Shown: positions 16,503-25,529 of the stretch, piece after piece | How the letters are laid out: every line of letters starts with the position of its first letter | How positions within the stretch are numbered: the first letter of the stretch is position 1 | Made by a program: the position numbers and the translations under genes | Origin: Patescibacteria group bacterium | GTDB taxonomy: Bacteria > Patescibacteriota > Patescibacteriia > PEXW01 | Direction of reading: 5' to 3' | Length of the DNA stretch: 37,233 bases | Assembly (NCBI GenBank): GCA_038063455.1 | Contig: JBBTVB010000006.1 | Location: 1-37,233 of the forward strand | Notes under the pieces: model-generated | Databases searched by the model: none | Told to the model about the DNA's origin: nothing | Seen by the model: only the letters and a program-made list of their open reading frames with translations

Positions 16503-18251
16503 TTACATGTGTCCTTTCGCAAACGCGGCAATATCCTCCGCCCAGAACGGCCGACCGTCGTTTTTGAGCAGTTGGTGGTTACAGGTCACGTCCGCATATT
16601 CTTTGAGCACGCCGCCAAGTTGGGCGGTGCCATTGTTTTCTACCAAAATCGTTTTCTTGGCCGCACGGAAAAACTGCTGCACTTCTGCCACTGGGAATGG
16701 CAGCAGGTACAACACCTGCAGGACATTGGCGCGGATGCCCATGGTGGCAAGCTTGCGCATAGCTTCTTTGCAAGATTGCGTGACCGAGCCCCAAGTAACG
16801 AAGGTGACATCTGCATCGTCGGGTCCGTAATGCACCAGGCGCGGCGGCAAAAACGAAAGGACTGCTTCCAGCTTACGCTCACGTTTACGATATTGCATCA
16901 CACGGTTGTCCGACTCTTCATTGGCATGGCCCACCGCATCGTGCTCGTCCGAATTCGCGATGAAGACGCCACCGGATTGGCCCGGGATGGGCCGGGGGGT
17001 AATGCCAGTAACAGTGTCAGCGTAACGTTGGTACCACGGCCCACCGCCATGCTCTTGTGCGGTCACAAAGCCGCCGCGCTGGACGCGGAGCTTGGTCAGG
17101 TCGAACATGGGTGTACTCCAGTGACTCTCGGCTAAATATTTATCAGTGAGTATTATGACTGGCAACTGACCATGTTCGGCAATGTGCAAACTGCGCGCCG
17201 CCTCTTGGAACGCTTGCGTCGGGTCAGCCGGCGCCACAATCACGCGCGGGAATTCACCTTGGCCGGCGTGCATCACAAAACGCAAATCCCCTTGCTCGGT
17301 CCAGGTGGGTAACCCAGTTGCGGGGCCAGGCCGCTGGGCGTCAACAATAACTAAAGGAGTTTCGGTAATCGCGGCCATGCCCAGACCTTCGGTCATCAAG
17401 CAAAAGCCGCCGCCCGAAGTGCCACAAGCAGCGCGCACGCCAGCGAACGACGCGCCAATAGCCAGGTTCACCGCGGCAATTTCATCCTCGGCATGTTTGG
17501 TAATGTGCTTGTACGTCGGCGCCAGTTCGGCTAGAGAAATGAGAATGGATGACGCTGGCGTCATGGGGTACGCAGCGTAAAATTTTAGACCGCCATGGAT
17601 AAAGCCCAGGGACAGCGCGTCATTCCCGCCAATGACCATGCGCTGGTCATTTTCTTTGGGCACAATGCGCCAGGGAAAATCCTTCACCAATTTCTGCACG
17701 TGCTCGTAGCCCGCGCGGCAGGTAGCAACATTAATGTCCACCACCTTCTGCCCTTTGGCGCCAAACGTATCTTGAAAAATATCGTCCATAAGTTTGCGCG
17801 GCGCTTGGAGCAAGGCCAGGGTCGCCCCGAGCGCCACGGTGTTGCGCATGAGATCTTTGCCGCCGTTCTTGAGCGCCAAATCCATGAGCGGCACAGGCAC
17901 CAGCACAATGTCTGTCCGATCCCCAATCATAGCGGGGTTAATGGTAAGCCGCGTGCTGTCATACACCAGCGCGCCGCCGGGTGACAAGCTGGCCGCATGC
18001 AGGCGGACGGTTTCTTCGTTAATAGCCACCAAAATTTCCGTGCCTTGGTCGTGCTCAAAAATCTGTTCCTCGTCTACCTGAACGACTTGGACGTTATGCC
18101 CGCCGCGAATGAGGCTGGGATACTCGGCGTAGTCCGTGGTCCACAAGCCCGCGCGCGTGCAGTACTTGGCTAGCATAGCGCCGGTGACCATAATCCCGTC
18201 CCCCGCCGCGCCGCCGATAGTCCAGGTGAATGTGTTGACTTTTGATTTCAT
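16503..18251 (-). CDS. 2-oxoacid:acceptor oxidoreductase alpha subunit (gamma-alpha fusion)
   Basis: GGAAGDGI, YPSLIRGGH, YPMTPAS, EDEIAA, TSGGGF, QRPGPATGLPT, VENNGTAQL. Confidence 0.95.
   Translation of the reverse strand: MKSKVNTFTWTIGGAAGDGIMVTGAMLAKYCTRAGLWTTDYAEYPSLIRGGHNVQVVQVDEEQIFEHDQGTEILVAINEETVRLHAASLSPGGALVYDSTRLTINPAMIGDRTDIVLVPVPLMDLALKNGGKDLMRNTVALGATLALLQAPRKLMDDIFQDTFGAKGQKVVDINVATCRAGYEHVQKLVKDFPWRIVPKENDQRMVIGGNDALSLGFIHGGLKFYAAYPMTPASSILISLAELAPTYKHITKHAEDEIAAVNLAIGASFAGVRAACGTSGGGFCLMTEGLGMAAITETPLVIVDAQRPGPATGLPTWTEQGDLRFVMHAGQGEFPRVIVAPADPTQAFQEAARSLHIAEHGQLPVIILTDKYLAESHWSTPMFDLTKLRVQRGGFVTAQEHGGGPWYQRYADTVTGITPRPIPGQSGGVFIANSDEHDAVGHANEESDNRVMQYRKRERKLEAVLSFLPPRLVHYGPDDADVTFVTWGSVTQSCKEAMRKLATMGIRANVLQVLYLLPFPVAEVQQFFRAAKKTILVENNGTAQLGGVLKEYADVTCNHQLLKNDGRPFWAEDIAAFAKGHM
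18206..18240 (-). repeat. 35-bp direct repeat, copy 1 (inside the 5' end of the OFOR alpha gene)
   Basis: 33/35 identical to 19534-19568. Confidence 0.9.
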
Positions 18252-18308
18252 GAAAAGAGTATAACACTATACATAGAATTGTGGGCTAAAATTCCTTAAT
18301 GAATCTTT

Positions 18309-19484
18309 TTATTTTAATGCCCTTTCTTTCAGGTAACCTGATTGTGTGAATTCCTCAATTTTTGAAGCGAGCGCTTGCCATGCTGGACCCTTTTCATCAT
18401 TTGGGTTTTGTGGCGTATGATTTTCAAAATACGCAGCATCGAAAAGCTCACGAGGGACTCCCGCTCTAATAAGAGACAAAACATCAATTCTTTCAAATTG
18501 ATATTTTCCCCAATCCATTTCATTTTCATCACGCCCTTCTAATCGGAGTGCCCACATCTCAGTCAAAGCCTCATTCAACCATCTATGCTCCTGTCCACGC
18601 ATGGCGGAGCTAGTGCCATTATATTCAACGTTTCGCGAAAATGAGAGTCCAGTTTTTTTGTGTTCCACATAACGCAGTCCATTTTCTTCTACCAAAGCTA
18701 GGCTTATACCTGACAGTCCATGAGTATATTCATGGACTAGGGCATGATGTCTTTCTTCTTGATTGAGCTGAAGACCTATTCTAACCTCGCGTGTTTTTGC
18801 ATCATAATCTGCGACGCCTGTAGTTTCCAAGGGGTCGGTATAAGAGACTTTTATTGACTCTAATCGCCTATCCACCAGCTCCTTTGATAAAGGAATTCTC
18901 CCAGCTTCAATCTCTGCATATATTGCATCCTTAAATAGCTGAAAATTGAAAGTAGTTTCACCTTTTACAAGGGAAAGCTTTTCTTCAATTCTACTTATAT
19001 GCTTTTCAAGCATCATTTTAAAAAGAGGTGTGGGGAGTTCACCCCGTCTAAATATGTCGATAGCAACCTGAGGAGATACTTCTGTATTATGAGTATCGCC
19101 TAACTCCTTAAAAGCATGAGATATGTCTGGATCTTTTAGGGACTGGGAAAAAAATTCTTCTGAGTATTTTGCCTCTTCCTCAAAACTTGAGTCTTGATTT
19201 TTTTCTGCTCGTTCAAAAAACATTTTAAGCGCCCTTTGAGGCATATCTAATTTTTCCTCCCAGATTTTCTGAATATCTTCTTCGGATAGGATCTTCCCCT
19301 CATTGCTGCTTATTCGCTTCATTGTTTCAATTTCACTTTTTGCAAATTCAATCTCCGATAAGCCAAAAATTCGATTGCCTGTAGGCCGCCTTTTTCTAAA
19401 ATCCTCCTCGAATTCTTGGGAAGTTTCAGAAATATACCGAATGGAATTTTCACTTTCAAAATGTACACCACTCTCAATTGACAT
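18309..19484 (-). CDS. AT-rich hypothetical protein with a zincin (gluzincin-like) metalloprotease motif
   Basis: HALVHEYTHGLS (HExxH) plus downstream WLNEALTE; visibly lower GC than neighbouring genes. Confidence 0.75.
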   Translation of the reverse strand: MSIESGVHFESENSIRYISETSQEFEEDFRKRRPTGNRIFGLSEIEFAKSEIETMKRISSNEGKILSEEDIQKIWEEKLDMPQRALKMFFERAEKNQDSSFEEEAKYSEEFFSQSLKDPDISHAFKELGDTHNTEVSPQVAIDIFRRGELPTPLFKMMLEKHISRIEEKLSLVKGETTFNFQLFKDAIYAEIEAGRIPLSKELVDRRLESIKVSYTDPLETTGVADYDAKTREVRIGLQLNQEERHHALVHEYTHGLSGISLALVEENGLRYVEHKKTGLSFSRNVEYNGTSSAMRGQEHRWLNEALTEMWALRLEGRDENEMDWGKYQFERIDVLSLIRAGVPRELFDAAYFENHTPQNPNDEKGPAWQALASKIEEFTQSGYLKERALK

Positions 19485-19525
19485 AAAGTATGAATGATCT
19501 TAAATATCTGAATTCTAGTTAAAAT

Positions 19526-19579
19526 CTATTGCACCGCGCCGCCAATAGTCCAGGTAAATGTGTTGACTGTTGGTGTCAA
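19526..19579 (-). pseudogene. Remnant 5' fragment of the OFOR alpha gene (contains direct repeat copy 2, 19534-19568)
   Basis: TTG-start translation (M)TPTVNTFTWTIGGAVQ* versus intact MKSKVNTFTWTIGGAAG; own TGGTATACT 7 nt upstream. Confidence 0.8.
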
Positions 19580-19606
19580 CTTTCAAAGTATACCATGCCG
19601 CTACTA

Positions 19607-19635
19607 TTGACATAACTAACGTTTCTAGGTACGCT
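19607..19635 (+). promoter_or_regulatory. Sigma70-type promoter of the DUF218 gene
   Basis: TTGACA-17 nt-TACGCT; GGAGG SD before the GTG start. Confidence 0.6.
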
Positions 19636-19669
19636 TTCGTGAAACAAAAAAACAGCGCGGAGGTTCTGG

Positions 19670-20206
19670 GTGCAAATACTCTTCGTTCCTTCGGGAGGCA
19701 TTACTCCTGTAGATCAACTCTCACCTGCAAATACCCTTCAACGGTGTATAAAGGCCTTGCAGCTCTGGCAGAATGGAACCTATCATATTCTCATCCTAAG
19801 CGGGGGCATCTGCGACCCGCCAAGTATACAGAGGACTGCGGGTGCCGAAATCATGAGGCGCTGGTTCGTAGAGCGTGGCGTTCCTGAAAAACGAATCATC
19901 ACGGAATCACACTCTCGGGATACATATGAAAATATTATCCTTAGTGTAAGGCTCTTGAAAAACCTCGTTCCGCACAATCAAACACACCATTGGACTGTCG
20001 TATCGCAGTGGCAACGCTGCCTACGTATCTGGATAACCCTCTGGCGTTTACACCGTATTCGCCCAAAGCTCCAGATGCTCCGGTATCCCATCGGTATCAG
20101 AGGATTCCTCAAAGAATGTGTTTTCATTGCGTACCACCTGTACGATCGTGATGGCAATAAGTACCTTGCACGAAAAAACCGCAGCCGGCGATCATTCGCT
20201 TCTTGA
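19670..20206 (+). CDS. YdcF/ElyC (DUF218) family protein
   Basis: LILSGG, AEIMRRWFVERGVPEKRIITESHSRDTYENI. Confidence 0.85.
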   Translation: MQILFVPSGGITPVDQLSPANTLQRCIKALQLWQNGTYHILILSGGICDPPSIQRTAGAEIMRRWFVERGVPEKRIITESHSRDTYENIILSVRLLKNLVPHNQTHHWTVVSQWQRCLRIWITLWRLHRIRPKLQMLRYPIGIRGFLKECVFIAYHLYDRDGNKYLARKNRSRRSFAS

Positions 20207-20236
20207 CCTGACATATCACATATGTCAGGTTTCTTT
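20206..20236 (+). terminator. Intrinsic terminator
   Basis: ACCTGACATAT-CAC-ATATGTCAGGT followed by TTCTTT. Confidence 0.7.
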
Positions 20237-20272
20237 ATTGTAAATACCTGTGGCTGAATATTTATACGAAAT

Positions 20273-20305
20273 AAAAAATGGCTCCCATACAAGTATGGAA
20301 GCCAT
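20273..20305 (-). terminator. Intrinsic terminator for the small minus-strand ORF
   Basis: Minus strand ATGGCTTCCATAC-TT-GTATGGGAGCCAT followed by a T-tract. Confidence 0.65.
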
Positions 20306-20335
20306 CAAACACCACAGTTTGGTCAAACGATTTTT

Positions 20336-20515
20336 TTATTTTGTCCGCTTGCCCCTGCTAAAACTCCTTTGGCGTTGCACAGTTTCACTCTGGGAAACAC
20401 CTGTCGCCACGGTCAGCCTTTCAAGCGGTGAAAGGAGTCTTTTTGCAGCCCGAGGAACGAAATGAGATTTCGCGAATGCGCGATTTTCAGCTCTAGACAG
20501 ATCCCTGTTATTCAC
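20336..20515 (-). CDS. Small basic orphan protein, 59 aa
   Basis: GTG start 7 nt after AAGGAG; (M)NNRDLSRAENRAFAK...SRGKRTK; upstream TTGACA-17-TACAAA and a downstream terminator. Confidence 0.5.
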   Translation of the reverse strand: MNNRDLSRAENRAFAKSHFVPRAAKRLLSPLERLTVATGVSQSETVQRQRSFSRGKRTK

Positions 20516-20626
20516 GTGGACACTCCTTGTTTGTGGTCTTTTTTCCTTTGTGATACTCACTGGCTTTTTTTTGGAGAACAACAAATTCTCTCGTACAGAT
20601 TTTTGTAGCATAGCATGCAAAAAATG

Positions 20627-20911
20627 TCAACCGACAACGGCCGCTTGGATCCGTTGTATTTCGGTTTCTACCAGCGGCCCGTCGTACTCCCCGGCATGCA
20701 TATTGGTACCCACATAACTTACTAACTTAGCGTCCAAATGCAGGTCGACACGCATGGTATCACCAACGATTTGAGCGTATACGTGATAGCGTGGAAATTG
20801 ACCCTCGGCGGCGCGGCGGGAAAAACTGCCGTTACGCTCCACATGGTAGCCAAGCCGACTAAAAAAGACGCGCGCGTTGCCTACCCGAGCTAGCGGTAAA
20901 GTGGCTTTCAT
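20627..20911 (-). CDS. Hypothetical protein, 94 aa
   Basis: ATGA overlap with the acetate-CoA ligase stop; His-containing motifs FPRYHVY, DLHLD, HAGEYDG. Confidence 0.75.
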   Translation of the reverse strand: MKATLPLARVGNARVFFSRLGYHVERNGSFSRRAAEGQFPRYHVYAQIVGDTMRVDLHLDAKLVSYVGTNMHAGEYDGPLVETEIQRIQAAVVG

Positions 20912-22962
20912 ACTTTAGTAAAAGTTAGTCGAGCATCCACAACTGTGGCTTTCTGATTCGTAACCAAAACCGGGTTAAGGTCTAAGGATGATACTTCAGG
21001 GTGTTTGGCAATAAACTGGCTCACGCGCGTTGCTAACGCAACCACTTGGTCAACCGCAAAAGTTTGTCCGCGCGCACCGCCAAGCACTGACCAAACTTTG
21101 GCCTTTTCCAGGAAGCGACGCGTGTCCGCAGAAGTCAGTGGCGCGGCAACGTAGTCTACGCTGCGCATGGCTTCCACGTAAATTCCGCCAAAGCCCACGA
21201 GCACCACGGGTCCAAACTGCGGATCTTGCACTGCGCCGATGATTAATTCCAAGCCAGCGTGGCGTTGGTCTTGCAGGACAATTCTCGCTCCCGGCTCCCG
21301 CAACTGCTTGGCAAATACGCGACTAAAACGTTTGTAGGATTGTTGGACCATTGCTGGCGTGTGCAAGTCCAGGGCCACTGCGCCTTTTTCAGTCTTGTGC
21401 AGTACGCTGGGCGCGTCAAGCTTCATGACCACTGGATAGTGGAGTTGGGCGGCGCGCTTTACGGCTTGTGCTGCCGAACGGATTGGATACACGGGCAGCA
21501 CCTTAATACCGCCAGCGCCCAAAATTTTCTCGGCCTGCTCCCCCACTGCAGTTTGCAACTTGGGCCGGAAAGGCGTTGCAATTTTTGGCAGCGGCTGCAC
21601 TTTTACCGCATTAACTCGCGTGCCGGAAACAAGCGCGCCCGCGGCTTGGACAGCAAGCTCTGGGTAGGCAAACGCTGGCACGCCGGCAGCGCGTAAACTT
21701 GCAACTGCAGCGGCCACTTTTGGCCCACCAACAAAGGCTGCGAGAATCGGTTTGGCGCTTTTGCGGTGCAGTTGAATAATCTTCTTTGCAACAGCGGTGC
21801 TGCGCGTTACCATTTGCTCAGTGAGTACGCTTACTACTAAATCCACATTTTTATCCGCTACCACCGCAGCGAGCGCGGCAGCATACCGTTCCGGCGGTGC
21901 GTCCCCCACCACGTCCACTGGATTGTGGAGTGCCGCTGCCGGGGGCAACACTTTTTGCAAACGTGCGTGGGTTGCGGGCGCCAGTGCGGCGAGTGCCAGC
22001 CCAGTGTTGGGTAAAGCATCAGTAGCCAGAATTCCCGGCCCGCCCGCATTGGTTACAATAGCTAAGCGATTGCTTCGCGGCTTGGGTGCATTGGCAAACG
22101 CAGCTGCAAAGGCAAACCACTCTTCGATGGTGTCCACCACAATGCAGCCGGCCTGACGCAGCAGCGCATCCGTAACCACGGAGCTACCGGCCAGTGCCCC
22201 GGTGTGCGACTGGGCGGCTTTTGCGGCCGCCGCACTGCGCCCGGCACGCAAAATAATAATCGGTTTGGTGGGCGCCACGGCCTGGGCAGTTTGCAAAAAT
22301 GCTCGGCCGTCGCGAATGTCTTCCAGGTACATCAAAATAACCTTGGTGCCAGGGTCGGCGGCCAAAGCAACAAGAAAATCCTGCTCATCCAGCACGGCTT
22401 TGTTGCCTACGCTGAGGATAGCGCGGAACCCCAAATGCTGCCCTGCTGCCCAATCCATGTTCGCCACGGCCATAGCGCCAGACTGCGAGAGAATGCTGAC
22501 GTTACCCGGCTTCGGTAAACCCGCCGCAAAAGAAGCATTGAGCTTGAGGTGCGGCAACAGCAGACCTAAACAATTGGGCCCGACCACGGGCAGCTTGGCG
22601 CGTCGCGCGATTGCAATAATCTCCTGTTCCAAGGCTTTGCCCTTTGTTCCCAGTTCACCAAAGCCCGCACTAATAACCACGGCGCTCTTGGCTTTTGCCT
22701 TTAACACATCCCGCAACACGGCCGGCACAACGGCTGCAGGGGTAGCAACAATTACCAGGTCAACACGTTTCGGAATGGCACTAACGTTCGAATAGGCTTT
22801 TACGCCCTCCACCCTGCTAGCCTTGGGGTTTACCGGGTAGACTTGGCCCCGAAACCCATACTGCCGGCAGTTACGAAAAATGACATTGCCAATTTTGCCC
22901 CGCTCGCGCGACGCGCCCACCACGGCAATGGTTTTGGGGTTCAAGAGTGGCTGAAGGTTCAT
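20908..22962 (-). CDS. Acetate--CoA ligase (ADP-forming), fused alpha/beta
   Basis: IAVVGAS, VISAGF, VGPNCLG, SQSGA, SHTGALAG (phospho-His), TNAGGPG, NPVDV, ATP-grasp HKTEKGAV and LDLNPV. Confidence 0.93.
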   Translation of the reverse strand: MNLQPLLNPKTIAVVGASRERGKIGNVIFRNCRQYGFRGQVYPVNPKASRVEGVKAYSNVSAIPKRVDLVIVATPAAVVPAVLRDVLKAKAKSAVVISAGFGELGTKGKALEQEIIAIARRAKLPVVGPNCLGLLLPHLKLNASFAAGLPKPGNVSILSQSGAMAVANMDWAAGQHLGFRAILSVGNKAVLDEQDFLVALAADPGTKVILMYLEDIRDGRAFLQTAQAVAPTKPIIILRAGRSAAAAKAAQSHTGALAGSSVVTDALLRQAGCIVVDTIEEWFAFAAAFANAPKPRSNRLAIVTNAGGPGILATDALPNTGLALAALAPATHARLQKVLPPAAALHNPVDVVGDAPPERYAAALAAVVADKNVDLVVSVLTEQMVTRSTAVAKKIIQLHRKSAKPILAAFVGGPKVAAAVASLRAAGVPAFAYPELAVQAAGALVSGTRVNAVKVQPLPKIATPFRPKLQTAVGEQAEKILGAGGIKVLPVYPIRSAAQAVKRAAQLHYPVVMKLDAPSVLHKTEKGAVALDLHTPAMVQQSYKRFSRVFAKQLREPGARIVLQDQRHAGLELIIGAVQDPQFGPVVLVGFGGIYVEAMRSVDYVAAPLTSADTRRFLEKAKVWSVLGGARGQTFAVDQVVALATRVSQFIAKHPEVSSLDLNPVLVTNQKATVVDARLTFTKV

Positions 22963-22968
22963 GCCTGA

Positions 22969-23002
22969 AGTATAGCAAAAAGAGAGAGGGTCACTCTCTC
23001 TT
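22969..23002 (-). terminator. Intrinsic terminator of the 114-aa orphan fused to the extended -10 of the acetate-CoA ligase gene
   Basis: Minus strand AAGAGAGAG-TGACC-CTCTCTCTT-TTT-GCTATACT-6 nt-ATG. Confidence 0.65.
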
Positions 23003-23335
23003 TGGTCCTAATTGAAGTGCATCGTAGAGTGCCTCAACTGATGAAAACTCCTGTGGTGTACCCCCGGCGTGGCGACCGTGCCAGTTGCCATTCACTTTTT
23101 TAACCAGGTAGATGAGTGCGTCACTCGACCCCGCACTGCCTGGTTTGCCGCCGTGTGCTTTACACAGCACGGTGATGCAATGGCTCAACGTGTTAACTTC
23201 TTCTTGGGTCGGTTCCTCAGAGCCTTCGAGTATGGCTAGGTACGGTCGGTTATACCCACCTCGCACATTCGAAATTTGAGCTTCAGCAAGCGTCGGGCAG
23301 CCGCAGGTATGGAGCGATGTAAAAGCATCAGACAA
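22991..23335 (-). CDS. Hypothetical protein, 114 aa
   Basis: TTG start just after a strong GGAGGTGA SD; own promoter and terminator; HTCGC motif near the N-terminus. Confidence 0.6.
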   Translation of the reverse strand: MSDAFTSLHTCGCPTLAEAQISNVRGGYNRPYLAILEGSEEPTQEEVNTLSHCITVLCKAHGGKPGSAGSSDALIYLVKKVNGNWHGRHAGGTPQEFSSVEALYDALQLGPKRE

Positions 23336-23370
23336 AGATCACCTCCGTGTTGATTGTTCGTGTTAAAAAC

Positions 23371-23399
23371 AGCCTACGGAAAGCAATAGGCACTGTCAA
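23371..23399 (-). promoter_or_regulatory. Sigma70-type promoter of the 114-aa orphan
   Basis: TTGACA-17 nt-TAGGCT. Confidence 0.6.
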
Positions 23400-23408
23400 G
23401 AAAATAGC

Positions 23409-24089
23409 TTACTCCGCGTTCTTGCCGTCTTTCAGCGTAATGGTCTTCTTGCAGGCCGCGGCAACCTCCAGGTTGTGCGTGACCATAATGAAGGTTTGGT
23501 TGTTCTCGCGGTTGAGCTTCTTGAGCAACTCAATAATTTCCATCGACGTCGCACTATCCAGCTCGCCGGTGGGTTCATCGGCCAAAATAATAGCCGGCTT
23601 GTTCATGAGTGCCCGGGCAATGGCCACGCGCTGCTGCTGCCCACCCGAGAGTTCGTTCGGTTTATGTAGCATACGATCTTGCAGGCCCATGAGCGTGAGC
23701 AATTCTTCCGCGCGAACTTTGCGCTGTTTGAGATTCATGCCGCCGTACTTCCCGGCCTGCATGACGTTTTCAACTGCGGTGAGCGTAGTAATAAGGTTGA
23801 AACCTTGAAAAATAAACCCGAGTTTTTTCGCCCGGACAACGTTGGCTTCGCTTTCTTTCATCTTCATCACGTCAATGCCGTCCAGCAGGTACGCACCCGC
23901 ATCGGGGCGGTCCAGCAAACCCAAAATGTGCAGCAAGGTGGACTTGCCGCAACCCGACGGCCCGACAATGGCCGAGAAATCCCCTTCCTGCACTTCGATA
24001 TTCACGCCCTGCAAGGCATGCACCGTGTTGGTCTTGGACAAGGTGTATTTTTTCTGTAGGTTGTGGGCGGAAATAAGAACCTTAGGCAT
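23409..24089 (-). CDS. ABC transporter ATP-binding protein (LolD/MacB-like)
   Basis: GPSGCGKST, FIFQGFNL, LSGGQQQRVAIARAL, LADEPTG, VTH; start set at MPKVLIS. Confidence 0.95.
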   Translation of the reverse strand: MPKVLISAHNLQKKYTLSKTNTVHALQGVNIEVQEGDFSAIVGPSGCGKSTLLHILGLLDRPDAGAYLLDGIDVMKMKESEANVVRAKKLGFIFQGFNLITTLTAVENVMQAGKYGGMNLKQRKVRAEELLTLMGLQDRMLHKPNELSGGQQQRVAIARALMNKPAIILADEPTGELDSATSMEIIELLKKLNRENNQTFIMVTHNLEVAAACKKTITLKDGKNAE

Positions 24090-24093
24090 AGAA

Positions 24094-25383
24094 TTAGAGT
24101 TCGCGAATAGCGTCAACCACTTTGAGCTTGGCCGCGCGCAAGGCAGGAATAACCCCGGCCAGCACGCCCAGGACGAAGGAGAAGGCCACGACACCCAGCA
24201 GGAAGCCTGGGGAAATGAGGAAAATTTCTGCGCCACTGGCCGCAGTCTTGTTGTTGATAATGAGTGCGGTAATCGCGCCGATGGTCATACCTAGGATGCC
24301 GCCCACAATCCCGATGGCGCCAGCTTCTAGCGTGTAGTCCCAGGCAATGGAGCGGTTGGACGCGCCAATGGCTTTCTTAATGCCGATTTCCCGCTTGCGC
24401 TCGGAAATGGACATGATCATGGTATTGATAATCGAAAACCCGCCGACCACCAAAGCGATGACCGCACTGCCAAGAATAATCGCGTTAAATATCGCCGAGG
24501 CTTTATCAATTTGCTCGCCAAGTTTGGTGGGTGAGAGCACCAGCACGTCATCTTTAAGTTGGTCTTTAATCCGGTTGCTTACTTCGTCTGGGTCCTGACC
24601 ATCTTTCCACGACACGGCCGCGCTCGGGGTCAGGTCTTCCAGTTTAAAAGACCGAGCAGAAATAATTTGCTTTCGTGCCTCTGGGGAAAGCAGGGCCAGA
24701 TCAGCATCAGTTATCTTGGCCGCTTCATCCGCGCGGTCTTTGAGCGATTGCAAGAATGGATTAGAAGCCAGCAGCATTTCCCGGGCCGGGGTAATCTTCA
24801 TAAAAATGAAATTATCCGGGCCGGTGAGCGTCTGGTCAGCAATGCCTACCACTTTGAAGTCGCGCCCGCGAATGTTCATGGTGTCCCCTACCGCAATGCC
24901 TTTATCTGCCGCGATGGTGTAGCCGACAGTTATCACGTTGTCTGGGTCTGCCTTGGCAATAAACCGCCCGGCTTTCATATCCAGCGTTTCCCAATTCCGG
25001 TTTTTGTACGCGGAGTCCAGGTCCATGCCTTCGATGGATTTCGACGGCCCAAAACCACCACCCGTCGGGTTGTCTGGATCGGGTTCTTCCAGCGGAATTT
25101 CGACACTGGCTGCCACGGCTTCTACGCCCTCAACCTTCCGCATGCGGTCCAGCACATCTAAGGGGAGCAAGGCCCCGCCGCCGCTGCCGCCCTCAAAACT
25201 GGTACCTTTGGGCAGGATGGTAATTTGGCCGGTAATGTAGCGCTTGCCACCACTGATAATCTTGTTAAACCGCAGAGCCATGGAGCCCATGACCGTAAAC
25301 GCAAAGATGCCGACAGTAATGCCGGTAATGGTGAGAATGGTCCGCCCCTTGCGGCGGAGCATGTTCCGTAGAATTTCCATCAT
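24094..25383 (-). CDS. ABC transporter permease (MacB/FtsX-like)
   Basis: RRKGRTILTITGI, large extracytoplasmic domain, INTMIMSISERKREIGIKKAIGA, PALRAAKL. Confidence 0.93.
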   Translation of the reverse strand: MMEILRNMLRRKGRTILTITGITVGIFAFTVMGSMALRFNKIISGGKRYITGQITILPKGTSFEGGSGGGALLPLDVLDRMRKVEGVEAVAASVEIPLEEPDPDNPTGGGFGPSKSIEGMDLDSAYKNRNWETLDMKAGRFIAKADPDNVITVGYTIAADKGIAVGDTMNIRGRDFKVVGIADQTLTGPDNFIFMKITPAREMLLASNPFLQSLKDRADEAAKITDADLALLSPEARKQIISARSFKLEDLTPSAAVSWKDGQDPDEVSNRIKDQLKDDVLVLSPTKLGEQIDKASAIFNAIILGSAVIALVVGGFSIINTMIMSISERKREIGIKKAIGASNRSIAWDYTLEAGAIGIVGGILGMTIGAITALIINNKTAASGAEIFLISPGFLLGVVAFSFVLGVLAGVIPALRAAKLKVVDAIREL

Positions 25384-25432
25384 ACGCAGGAAGTGTACTG
25401 AATCGTGCTGGATAGTCAAGGTCTAGAACTTG

Positions 25433-25461
25433 TTGACAGTGCCACATGTATTTATTAAGGT
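25433..25461 (+). promoter_or_regulatory. Sigma70-type promoter of purK
   Basis: TTGACA-17 nt-TAAGGT. Confidence 0.55.
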
Positions 25462-25529
25462 TACAGACTTAGAACTTTGACAATGTAACTAGTTAAACCC
25501 TGCAGTACATGGCAGGTAGAAAGGTTGAT

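Noticed and set aside
20250-20465. 71-aa plus-strand ORF
   Set aside because: It lies downstream of a terminator, has no SD or promoter, and is antisense to a better-supported minus-strand unit.
25484-25497. TGTAACTAGTTAAA upstream of purK as a TrpR-like operator or riboswitch
   Set aside because: Only a short palindrome that does not match the 20-bp operator at 36251, and I could not recognise a purine, ZTP or preQ1 riboswitch consensus.
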